In this document: positions 54,746-63,512 of the stretch, in pieces | How the letters are laid out: every line of letters starts with the position of its first letter | Position numbering within the stretch: position 1 is the first letter of the stretch | Assembly: GCA_963744995.1 (NCBI GenBank) | Contig: CAVUWA010000004.1 | Span: 320,001 to 384,000 of the forward strand | DNA length: 64,000 nt | Direction of reading: 5' to 3' | Source: Candidatus Eiseniibacteriota bacterium | GTDB taxonomy: Bacteria; Eisenbacteria; RBG-16-71-46 | Notes under the pieces: model-generated | What the model was told of the DNA's origin: nothing | Database searches by the model: none | Seen by the model: the letters and a program-made list of their open reading frames with translations, nothing else | Made by a program: the position numbers and the translations under genes

Positions 54746-56695
54746 TCAGTGCACGAGCGCCACGCGCTGCGTCGCCACGCCCTGCGACGTGCGCAGATGG
54801 ATGAAGTACACGCCCGGCGAGACGCGACCGGCGTGGTCGGAGAGACCGTCCCACGTGCGGGTGTACTCGCCGGCTGCCAGCATGCCGTTCTGCAGCGAGC
54901 GCACCGCCCGGCCGTTGGCGTCCACGATCGTGAGCCGCACGAACTCCGGCGCGCCGATCGAGAAGCGGATCGCGGTGCCGGCACGGCTCGGATTCGGCTG
55001 CGGCGCGCCGAGGAACACGCCCGCCGCGAGCGCGCTGGCGCGCTGCGCGGAAGCCAGACCCATGAACGACGTTTCGCCGGCCAGGTCGGTGACCGCCAGG
55101 CGGTACCAGTAGGCGCGCCCCGTCTCGGTACCGGTATCGAGCGCCACCGTCGCCTGTCCGTCGCTGGCGAGCTCGGTGGTCACGGCCCCCCACGGCCCCT
55201 CGGCCGCCGGTGCACGCTGCAGCGCCACGATGCTCACGTCGCCCGGATCGAGGAACTGCCAGCGCAGCGCGATGCCGTCGCGGCGGCCTTCGGCCGAGAA
55301 CATCGCGAGTTGCGTGGCGGTCGCCGTCGGGAACCAGCCGATGTCGCGGAACAGGTCCTCCGTCAGGTCGACCGTGTCGTGCAGGTCGCTGTTGATCGCC
55401 GGCTCCATGAGCGCGTTCGGCGTCAGGCTGACGTCGTAGTGCGACACCGAGGAGCCGCTCTGGAACGGATTCGGCGCGTACATCTTCGGGTAGCCGGTGT
55501 CGTCGGCGCCGGCGAGCAGCACCGGGTCCTGGTCGAGGGTGACGTTCACGCCGGTGCCGAGGTTGGCCTTGATCGTGTTGCCGTCGGCCTGCGAGATGCC
55601 GACCGAAGGAATCACCACCGACGGATCACTCCCGCCCATGGGCGGCAGGCCGCTGGCGGCGTTGTTGGCGATCAGCACGGCGATGGCGCCGCCGTTCTGT
55701 GCGGCCAGCACCTTGGACGTGAAGGTGCACGTGCCGCGGTCGATCAGCACGATCTTGCCGGCCACGTTGTTGACGAGCGGCTCGCAGCCGTCCGAGGTCG
55801 TTCCCGTGCCGTCGTCCGCCAGCACGACGTCGCCGGTCACGTTGAAGGTCTGCGGCCCGAACGTGGCCGTCTGCACCTGATACGTGCCGGCGATCGAGCC
55901 CGGCGAGTTGATGACCATCCGGAAGCGCTTGTCGAGGTAACTCTGCGCCGCGTTGAAGACGTTCGGCCCGTCCCACACCAGGTGGTCGGTGTTGATCGCC
56001 GAAACCTGACGCTGCGTCGTCGTCATCTGGTACCAGTGCAGGCCGGTCTGGTCGTTGAGCAGGAAGCGGTCGAACACCGACGGGTAACCGTTGAAGAAGT
56101 TCCCCGTCACCCCGTTGGTGAGGGTGCTGAAGCCGAGGCCGTGACCGAGTTCGTGCAGCAGCACCGGGAGCAGCTCGACGTCCGAGCCTTCGTTGCCGTC
56201 GATGCCGTAGTACCAGGTCGCCCCGCCCAGGCACGTGCCGCTGTCGAGGGTCAGGTTGAACGTGGCGTTGATGTCCGGATCCGCAGGGGCCAGATCCGTG
56301 CCCGCGAGTTTGTTGGCCAGCGCCTGATGGTAATAGGTGCCGGCATAGTCGGCGCCGGCGAAGTCGCGGTGCGCCGTCACGGGGCCCGCCGAGCCGAGCA
56401 CGGCGCTGGTCGCGTTGCAGGTCTGCGGATTGAACTGCGAGCGTACCTGGATCGTGACGCCGCTCTGCAGGATGCCGCCCCAGATGTTGGCGGCGTACTG
56501 GAAGATGAACAGCCGCTGGCCGCCCAGCGTCGTGGCGGGGTTGCCGCCGACCGGCGCGACCGGTGTGGGATCGTTGAAACCTTCACCGGGACCGTCGTTG
56601 TTGACGATCACGATCGTCGCCGCGTTCGCCGGCACGGCGAAGGCGAGCAGCGCGGCGAGGCCGAGCGGCGCGAAGAAGCGCGGGAAGGCGTTCAT
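54746..56695 (-). CDS. Secreted zincin metallopeptidase with PA domain and FlgD/T9SS-like C-terminal domain
   Basis: Signal peptide, HELGHGLGF, PA domain (GKIVLIDRGTCTFTSK..AQNGGA), GSSVSHYD, and C-terminal PQPNP...WDG...GVYFIHL. Confidence 0.88.
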   Translation of the reverse strand: MNAFPRFFAPLGLAALLAFAVPANAATIVIVNNDGPGEGFNDPTPVAPVGGNPATTLGGQRLFIFQYAANIWGGILQSGVTIQVRSQFNPQTCNATSAVLGSAGPVTAHRDFAGADYAGTYYHQALANKLAGTDLAPADPDINATFNLTLDSGTCLGGATWYYGIDGNEGSDVELLPVLLHELGHGLGFSTLTNGVTGNFFNGYPSVFDRFLLNDQTGLHWYQMTTTQRQVSAINTDHLVWDGPNVFNAAQSYLDKRFRMVINSPGSIAGTYQVQTATFGPQTFNVTGDVVLADDGTGTTSDGCEPLVNNVAGKIVLIDRGTCTFTSKVLAAQNGGAIAVLIANNAASGLPPMGGSDPSVVIPSVGISQADGNTIKANLGTGVNVTLDQDPVLLAGADDTGYPKMYAPNPFQSGSSVSHYDVSLTPNALMEPAINSDLHDTVDLTEDLFRDIGWFPTATATQLAMFSAEGRRDGIALRWQFLDPGDVSIVALQRAPAAEGPWGAVTTELASDGQATVALDTGTETGRAYWYRLAVTDLAGETSFMGLASAQRASALAAGVFLGAPQPNPSRAGTAIRFSIGAPEFVRLTIVDANGRAVRSLQNGMLAAGEYTRTWDGLSDHAGRVSPGVYFIHLRTSQGVATQRVALVH

Positions 56696-57201
56696 CACTT
56701 CACCTCCCGCGTCGCGGCCGGCGCACCGGCACGCACCTGCGCTTCGCCCGAACCTTCGACGCACGACATCCGGCGCCGGCCGTCGGCGTCGACCGTGACG
56801 ACCATCGTCTCTTCGAACATCCCCTGCAGGTCCACCATCACGGAGCCGTCCGGAAGCGTGACCTCCGGCAGGCGGTCGGGGCGCACGGGCTGTTCGGCGA
56901 GCGGCACCACCGCCGACTGCGGCGGGATGTTCGTCAGGGCACCCGTTTCGGGATCGACGTACGCCTTCATGCCGGCTTCGCCGGGCGCCGCCTGCGCGGG
57001 CTCCGGTGCGGGCGCCGTGACCGCCACGGGTGTCGCGGGCCGGGCGGCTGCAGTCTCTACGGTCTGCGGTGCGGGCTGCTGTCCGGCGTCGCCCCCGGCG
57101 GTCTTCGAGCGTGCGTGCACGCTCCAGGCCGCCGCGGTGACCAACGCCAGTGCTCCGAGCGTCAGGAGCAGCGAACGAAGTGGTGTAGCAGCTGTCTTCA
57201 T
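56695..57201 (-). CDS. Small exported protein (resembles the 'post-PEP-CTERM-1' domain)
   Basis: Signal/TM segment, Pro/Ala linker, GMKAYVDPETGAL...LPDGSVMVDL...VVTVDADG...C; 1-nt overlap with the peptidase start. Confidence 0.7.
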   Translation of the reverse strand: MKTAATPLRSLLLTLGALALVTAAAWSVHARSKTAGGDAGQQPAPQTVETAAARPATPVAVTAPAPEPAQAAPGEAGMKAYVDPETGALTNIPPQSAVVPLAEQPVRPDRLPEVTLPDGSVMVDLQGMFEETMVVTVDADGRRRMSCVEGSGEAQVRAGAPAATREVK

Positions 57202-57368
57202 GGGGACTCCCTCGAAGAGGTCAGGGTCGACAGCGACTGCATCGAAGAGGCAGAGCGCGATTCTATGCCGCGGGGAATGTCATGAAAAGGACAATCGGCC
57301 GGAAATCCGCCTGCGCTGCCGCTCAGGCAGACTGAACCGGGCCGGCGCGCACGGATGACGGATCGGGA

Positions 57369-58064
57369 TCAGCTCGCGCCGAAGAACAGCCAGTCGGTCT
57401 GGTGGACGTGGAGATGGCGGTTCTCGAACGTGACGGCCTCGACCTCGACGCTCGGAAACGTCGTGCGCATGGCCGCGGCGAACGGGCCGTGCTCCGCGCA
57501 GGACCACACGCCGAGCACGCCGCCGGGCGCGAGATGGTTGCGCGCCCGATCGAGACCGGCGCGCGTGTAGAACGCGCCGGGGCCGTGGTCGAGGCGCTCG
57601 TCCGGCGAGTGGTCCACGTCGACCAGAATGACATCCCACTCGCCGCGACCCGGCGCCGCCAGCCGCGCGTACGCATCGCCGGCCTCGAGCGTGCAGCGCG
57701 GCTCGCCGGTGAGACGCTCCGAAAGCGGCACCCGCCCCGCGCGCATCCAGTCGATCACCTGCGGCAGCAGTTCCATCACGGTGACGCGTTCGACCTGCGG
57801 GTGATCGAGCACCGCCGCCGCGGTATAGCCGAGCCCGAGGCCGCAGACGAGCACGCGCAACCGGGCGCCGCCGTGCAGAGCGATCGCCCGGGTGGCGAGC
57901 GCGCGCTCGGACTCGGTGTGCAGGCTGCTCATGAGGAATTCGTGATCCAGGGTGATCTCGGTCACCGTCTCCCCCGGCGCCGACAGCAGCGTGCGCCGCC
58001 TCAGGCAGAGCACGCCGAGCGGCGTCTCCTCCCAGGCGAGGATCTCGAATCCGGCAGCGCTCAA
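57369..58064 (-). CDS. Spermidine-synthase-like SAM-dependent transferase
   Basis: FLMSS..TESERALA, VLVCGLGLGYT, DVILVDVDHSP and L.PGGVLGVWS. Confidence 0.8.
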   Translation of the reverse strand: MSAAGFEILAWEETPLGVLCLRRRTLLSAPGETVTEITLDHEFLMSSLHTESERALATRAIALHGGARLRVLVCGLGLGYTAAAVLDHPQVERVTVMELLPQVIDWMRAGRVPLSERLTGEPRCTLEAGDAYARLAAPGRGEWDVILVDVDHSPDERLDHGPGAFYTRAGLDRARNHLAPGGVLGVWSCAEHGPFAAAMRTTFPSVEVEAVTFENRHLHVHQTDWLFFGAS

Positions 58065-58074
58065 CGCGAAAACG

Positions 58075-58479
58075 TCAGATCTCGAGCGCGTGGGCCGCCT
58101 TGTCGGCGTCCTCGGGCCGCAGGTAGATCACGTACCCGTAGTAGCCCTGCCCGTCCGTCACGCACATGGAGGCGAACACGCTGACGTCGGCCGCGCGCAG
58201 CTTGGCATGCACGCCTGCCAGGGCGCCCATCTGATCTCCGCCCTGCACCAGCAGCGCCGCATGCGGACCATCGAGCTTCAACCCCGCGCGCTCGGCCGCC
58301 ATCATGAAGTGGCGTGAGTCCTCCGGGAACAGCGTGAGCTGCGTGCTGTCGGGTCCCAGCGGCACCGTGTGCAGCGCGAGCAGGTTCACCCCGAGCCCGG
58401 CGAGATCGCCGAGCAGGCGGTAGGCACCCTCGCCCACCGTCGTGTAGAAGTAGTTCACGCGTCTCACCGAAATCGCCAC
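58075..58479 (-). CDS. ACT-domain-like hypothetical protein
   Basis: Two ACT-like repeats (LAGLGVNLLA; GALAGVHAKLRAADVSV); SD AAGGAGG. Confidence 0.65.
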   Translation of the reverse strand: MAISVRRVNYFYTTVGEGAYRLLGDLAGLGVNLLALHTVPLGPDSTQLTLFPEDSRHFMMAAERAGLKLDGPHAALLVQGGDQMGALAGVHAKLRAADVSVFASMCVTDGQGYYGYVIYLRPEDADKAAHALEI

Positions 58480-58537
58480 TTTCAATCCTCCTTGCGCGCG
58501 GTCCTCAGCGGATGACCGCCACGCGGCTTTTCGTCTG

Positions 58538-59055
58538 TCATCCTTCAGCTCCGACCTGCAGCACGTAGCGGCCGGATTCGAGCGAAGTCGTGTTCATCGA
58601 CAGGAACTGCTGCGATCCCACCGTGCGCCGCTCGCTCTGCACGAGCCGGCCCCGTACGTCGGACACGTGCCACGTGACGATCCCGATCCGGAGGCCGGAG
58701 ACGTCGGTCGGCGTGCGAATGGATTCCGCCCCGGATGCGCGACAGGCGGGTCCGGTCCGGGGCGGCGCGGCAGGTCGCCCACTGCAGAGTCGGGTCCGCG
58801 CTCGCCGGGCACCGTCGGTGCGAGCGGCGGGTGGATGGGTTCGTAGAAACGATTCGCATGGCCGTTCGGCTGGTTGCCGGTATGGCAGAGGTGACGCGCG
58901 TGCACGGTGGGGCGCGCGAAGCCGATGCGGATTGCGTCGAGCAGCACCCCGTTCCGGCGCCGGGCCACGGACTGCTGCGCGGATGCACCGGCCGGGACCA
59001 GGGCCCCGGCGGCGACCGCCCCCGCGACGACTGCCAGCATGCGACGTCCGTTCAT
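58538..59055 (-). pseudogene. Internally deleted remnant of a secreted vanadium-haloperoxidase-like protein with T9SS-type tail
   Basis: Frame 1: signal peptide plus QQSVARRRNGVLLDAIRIGFARPTVHARHL. Frame 2: SDVRGRLVQ...SLESGRYVLQV. The core is missing and the frames are shifted. Confidence 0.5.
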
Positions 59056-59358
59056 CTTGCCCACCCTCTGCGACCGGAGGGGTGTTTCGATCGATCGGTT
59101 GGAGCCGTTTCCGGTCTGCCGGCATCTCGAACCAGCGGCGAATCTACAGGATCGGCACGGGCGTGGCACGCCAGGTAGACGAAGGAATGATTCCCCTCCC
59201 GGGGCCGACCCGTCCGACAAACGGGTCATTCCCCGGGCCCCGGGACGCGTGGGGCCGGCGTCGCGCCGCCGGCAGAGGGAGTCGCAAAAGAGTCGTTGCC
59301 CGACATGCGCAGCCGGGGTACACAGGGACCGTCCACACAGGTCTCCCGGAGGTCTTTC

Positions 59359-60780
59359 ATGAAGATGCTCGCCACAGACGGTTCGGCGCTCGAGGTCGCC
59401 GCGCAGGATGTCGATGCGTTGCGCGCCGGACTCCGCGGTTCCCTGCTGCGCCCCGCAGATCCCGGTTTCGAAGACGTACGCACGGTGTGGAACGGCATGA
59501 TCGACCGGCGCCCGGCGGCGATCGCCCGCTGCCTCGGCGTCGCCGACGTGCAGCTCGCGCTCGGCTTCGCCCGGCGCCACGATCTCCGGTTCACGATCAA
59601 GGGCGGTGGCCACAACATCGCCGGACTCGCGGCCTGCGACGGCGGACTGATGATCGACCTGTCGCTCATGCGCGGCGTGCTCGTCGATCGCGATCGAAGG
59701 ATCGCGCACGCGCAGGCCGGTTGTCTGCTGGGCGACGTGGACCGCGAGACCCAGGTGCATGGTCTGGCCGCGGTGCTCGGCTTCGTTTCCAACACCGGGA
59801 TTGCCGGCCTCACCCTGGGCGGCGGGTTCGGCTACCTGACCCGCCGCTACGGCTGGACCTCCGACAACGTCACCGCCATGGAGGTGGTGACCGCCGACGG
59901 CCGCGTGGTGGGCGCAAGCGAGACCGAGCATCCGGACCTGTTCTGGGGGTTGTGCGGTGGCGGCGGCAATTTCGGCATCGTGACGCGGATCGACTACCGA
60001 CTCTATCCGGTGGGCCCCGAGATCATGGCGGGCGCGGTGGCGTGGCCGGGCGAAGCCAGCCGCGAGGTGCTGGAACTGCAGCGCGAGCTCGTGAACGAAG
60101 GGCCGCCCGAGCTGACCGTGGCCTCGGTGGTGCGCCCGGCGCCGCCGGCGCCCTGGATCCGCGCCGATCATCACGGCCGGCTGGTCGCGGTGCTGGCCGT
60201 CTGCCACACCGGCGATGCGGCCGCCGGCGAGGCGATCGCGAAGCGCATCCGCTCCTTCGGTGCCCCGGTCGGCGACGTGCTGCAGCGCCGCCCCTATGTC
60301 GCCCAGCAGAGCCTGCTCGACGCCACGCAGCCGAAGGGCCGGCGCTACTACTGGAAGTCGGAGTACCTTGCGGACATCAGCGACGCGGCCATCGAAAAGC
60401 TGACCGCCCACGCGCGGAAGATCGAGTCGCCGCACTCCGCGATCCTGTTCTTCCCCATCGGCGGTGTGCTCGACCGGCTCCCCGGCGACCACTCCGCGGC
60501 CGGCAATCGCGACGCGCGGATCGTCCTCAACATCACCGCGGCATGGGACGACCCCGCCGAGGACGCGCGCCACGTCGAATGGGCGCGCGCGGCGTGGCGC
60601 GACATGCGTTCGCTCTCGACGGGCGGCACCTATGTGAACTTCCTCACCGAGGACGAGCCCGCGGAACGCGTGGCGGCGGCGCTCGGCCCGAACATGGCAC
60701 GCCTGGCGGAGATCAAGGCGGTCTGGGATCCGACGAACCTGTTCCGGACCAACCGGAACATCCTGCCGCGAGGTGCCTGA
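59359..60780 (+). CDS. FAD-linked oxidoreductase (BBE / 6-hydroxy-D-nicotine oxidase family)
   Basis: WNGMIDRRP, KGGGHN (covalent-FAD His), GLTLGGGFG, GGGGNFGIVT, YVNF and K..WDPTNLF. Confidence 0.92.
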   Translation: MKMLATDGSALEVAAQDVDALRAGLRGSLLRPADPGFEDVRTVWNGMIDRRPAAIARCLGVADVQLALGFARRHDLRFTIKGGGHNIAGLAACDGGLMIDLSLMRGVLVDRDRRIAHAQAGCLLGDVDRETQVHGLAAVLGFVSNTGIAGLTLGGGFGYLTRRYGWTSDNVTAMEVVTADGRVVGASETEHPDLFWGLCGGGGNFGIVTRIDYRLYPVGPEIMAGAVAWPGEASREVLELQRELVNEGPPELTVASVVRPAPPAPWIRADHHGRLVAVLAVCHTGDAAAGEAIAKRIRSFGAPVGDVLQRRPYVAQQSLLDATQPKGRRYYWKSEYLADISDAAIEKLTAHARKIESPHSAILFFPIGGVLDRLPGDHSAAGNRDARIVLNITAAWDDPAEDARHVEWARAAWRDMRSLSTGGTYVNFLTEDEPAERVAAALGPNMARLAEIKAVWDPTNLFRTNRNILPRGA

Positions 60781-60945
60781 GAGGCGAGCCGGCGGCCGTC
60801 GTGCGCAGGCGTCCTGCGTCATTTGACCCAGGCGGGCCGCGGCGTGCGCTGCGGCTCCGGTGCGTCGTTGAGGCCCGCCCCGGCGGTTGTTAGACTTTTG
60901 GGGCTCCACTCGGGCCTCCCCAGGCCGCCCAGACGAAGGTCGAGC

Positions 60946-62409
60946 ATGGTCCCACCCCCGGGTTCCCCCGGCCGCGTCCGCAAGGGCACCGGCCGGATCC
61001 TGCTTCCCGTATTCGCACTCGCGCTCGTGGCCCTTCCGGCGCTCGCGGCCGGTTTCGGCGTGCCCGCCGGGCGGCCGTGGTACGTGCTCGTCCTGCTGTT
61101 CGTGCTCTACCTCATCATTCTGCTGGTCGTCGTCTACATGGCGCGTCACTACCTGTTCACGGTGAACCGCCTGTTCGGGCGTCAGCGCTACCCCTACCTC
61201 GACGTGGACACCGCGCGCTGGCCCGAGATCACCGTGCTCGTTCCGGCGCGCAACGAGGAAGCGGTGATCGCGCGGATGCTCGACGCGCTGCTCGCGGCCG
61301 ACTATCCGCCCGAGCGGGTGACCATTCTTCCGGTGAACGATCGTTCCGAAGACGCCACCGGCGAGATCATCGACGACTACGCACAGCGGCATCCAGGGCG
61401 CATCCGCCCCCTGCATCGCACGCGCGGCAAGTCGGGCAAGGGCGCGGTGCTGCGCGACGCGACCGAGCGCGTCACGACCGACGTGATCCTGGTGTTCGAC
61501 GCCGACTACGTGCCGGGGCGGGGCCTGATCAAGCAGCTCGTCGCCCCGTTCTTCGACCCCGAGGTCGGCGCCGTGATGGGGCGTGTGGTGCCCTACAACG
61601 TCGGCACGAATCTGCTCACGCGGCTGCTCGATCTCGAGCGGGCCGGCGGCTACCAGGTGGATCAGCAGGCGCGCATGAACATGAAGCTGGTGCCGCAGTA
61701 CGGCGGCACGGTGGGCGGCGTCAGACGGCGCGCGCTGCAGCACGTCGGCGGCTGGAGCGACGACACGCTGGCCGAGGACACCGACGCCACGTACCGGCTG
61801 CTGAACGGCGGCTGGAAGACCGTCTACCAGAACCGCTCCGAGTGCTACGAAGAGGCGCCCGAGACCTGGCCCGGGCGCGTGAAGCAGGTCAAGCGCTGGG
61901 CCCGTGGCCACAATCAGACGCTGTGGCGCCACTCGCGCGGGCTGATGGCGAGCCGTCGTGTGCGGGCGCTCGAGAAACTCGACGGCCAGCTGCTGCTCGG
62001 CGTGTACATGATGTCGCCGGCGCTGATCCTCGGCTGGGCGGTGGCGATGACGCTCTGGTACATGGGTGTGAACGAGCCGGGGCTGATCGTCGTGCTGGCG
62101 GTGACCTGCTATTCGACGATCGGCAACCACGCCACGTTCTTCGAGGTCGCGGCGGCGACGCACCTCGACGGCTCGCGCGAGCGGGCGCGACTGATCCCGT
62201 TCATCCTGATGGGTTTCCTGGTGACCATCGTGTCGGTGACCCGGGGCACGTTCACGCAGGTCGTCCACAACGGCGGGAACGGCGAGGTGCAGTGGCACAA
62301 GACCGAGCGCAACGGCGGCCGCAACGGCGGCCACGGCAACGGCGGCCACGGCAACGGCGGCCACGGCAACGGCGGCCACGGCAACGGCGGCGCGGGGAGG
62401 CTGCGGTGA
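60946..62409 (+). CDS. Processive GT2 glycosyltransferase (polysaccharide synthase-like)
   Basis: PARNEE, NDRSED, GKSGKG, FDADY (DxD), LAEDT, QVKRW (QxxRW), with N- and C-terminal TMs. Confidence 0.92.
   Translation: MVPPPGSPGRVRKGTGRILLPVFALALVALPALAAGFGVPAGRPWYVLVLLFVLYLIILLVVVYMARHYLFTVNRLFGRQRYPYLDVDTARWPEITVLVPARNEEAVIARMLDALLAADYPPERVTILPVNDRSEDATGEIIDDYAQRHPGRIRPLHRTRGKSGKGAVLRDATERVTTDVILVFDADYVPGRGLIKQLVAPFFDPEVGAVMGRVVPYNVGTNLLTRLLDLERAGGYQVDQQARMNMKLVPQYGGTVGGVRRRALQHVGGWSDDTLAEDTDATYRLLNGGWKTVYQNRSECYEEAPETWPGRVKQVKRWARGHNQTLWRHSRGLMASRRVRALEKLDGQLLLGVYMMSPALILGWAVAMTLWYMGVNEPGLIVVLAVTCYSTIGNHATFFEVAAATHLDGSRERARLIPFILMGFLVTIVSVTRGTFTQVVHNGGNGEVQWHKTERNGGRNGGHGNGGHGNGGHGNGGHGNGGAGRLR
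62323..62391 (+). repeat. 15-bp tandem repeat (AACGGCGGCCACGGC)x4.6 encoding (NGGHG)n
   Basis: Four perfect units at 62323-62382 plus a partial unit, in the GT2 C-terminal tail. Confidence 0.95.
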
Positions 62410-63512
62410 CGCCGATCGTGATCGCGTTCTTCGCCGTGACCCTGTTGCTGTTCGCGCTGCCGTTCGTCCCGGGCCTGCGTGAGGCGCGGGCGCGCCACGA
62501 CGCCGACGCCCTGCCGGTCCCGCCCGGGGCGGCCGTCGACGTCCGTCACTTCGCGAACGGCTTCCGCGTCTTCCTCGAGCGCGAGCTCGGCGACGATCTG
62601 GCGAGCGTGCGCACGACGGGCATGCGGCGCACCGGCTGGATCGAAGAGCAGGGCTCGTGGTGCGTGCTGCCGGCGCGCGAGCCGCTCGAGCTGTTCGACG
62701 ACGAGGCGCAGCGCCGCGAGCTCGACCGCATCGTCGTGGGCGCCGGCGATCTCGAGATCCCCGCCGGGCTGCGCTGCCGGCGCGAGGTGTACGCGGGCGG
62801 ATCGCTCGACGCCGGTGCCGCGACCGAACTGCGTGCGGCTCTCGCCGAGGAGGACATGCGCATGGGTGACAGCGGGCGTGTCGTGCGCTGGGTGCACGCC
62901 GGGCGTCATCTCGAAGTGGGTGCCGACGTCGTGCTGCAGGGCCGCGCCTCGGCCGGCCGCGCGATCGCCCTTGCCGCCGGCTGCCGCTTCGAGCGCATGC
63001 ACGCGCCGGTGATCCGCTTCGGCGCCGTGGGGACGCAGGCGCTGCCGCGCGCGGGCGCCGTGCACGGCGCGCCCGCGGTGGACGTGGCCGCGTGGCGGCC
63101 GCACGGGCTCCCGGCGCATCACGAGTTTGCCGCCGGGCGCCTGCTGGTCGAGGGCGACCTCGAGATTCCCGCGGGCGCGCGCGTCACGTGTGATCTGGTG
63201 GTCTGGGGCCGGCTCACGTTCGGCGCGGGCGCGCGCCTCGAGGGCAGCGCGAAGAGCCATGGCGACATGCGGCTCGGCGCCGGCGTGCACGTGGACGGCA
63301 GCGTGATCGGCCAGAGGGACGTCACGATCGAGGACGGCGCGGCCGTCGACGGTCCGGTGATCGCCGAAGGGCGCCTGACCATCGGCACCCGTTGCGTGGT
63401 CGGCGCGGCCGACGAGCCTTCCACCGTGCGCGCGGGTTCGATCGCGGTGCGCGTCGGCAGCGTCATCCACGGCACCGCGTGGGCTTCGGGACACGGCGAG
63501 GTGCTCGCATGA
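62406..63512 (+). CDS. Membrane-anchored beta-helix / polymer-forming (bactofilin-like) repeat protein
   Basis: GTG start overlaps the GT2 stop; N-terminal TM (LPFVPGLRE); repeated V.G.L.I.AGA.V.G units. Confidence 0.72.
   Translation: MTPIVIAFFAVTLLLFALPFVPGLREARARHDADALPVPPGAAVDVRHFANGFRVFLERELGDDLASVRTTGMRRTGWIEEQGSWCVLPAREPLELFDDEAQRRELDRIVVGAGDLEIPAGLRCRREVYAGGSLDAGAATELRAALAEEDMRMGDSGRVVRWVHAGRHLEVGADVVLQGRASAGRAIALAAGCRFERMHAPVIRFGAVGTQALPRAGAVHGAPAVDVAAWRPHGLPAHHEFAAGRLLVEGDLEIPAGARVTCDLVVWGRLTFGAGARLEGSAKSHGDMRLGAGVHVDGSVIGQRDVTIEDGAAVDGPVIAEGRLTIGTRCVVGAADEPSTVRAGSIAVRVGSVIHGTAWASGHGEVLA

Noticed and set aside
59160..59180. TGGCACG as a sigma54 promoter for the flavoenzyme gene
   Set aside because: There is no GC at the -12 position (it reads GG-N10-AG).
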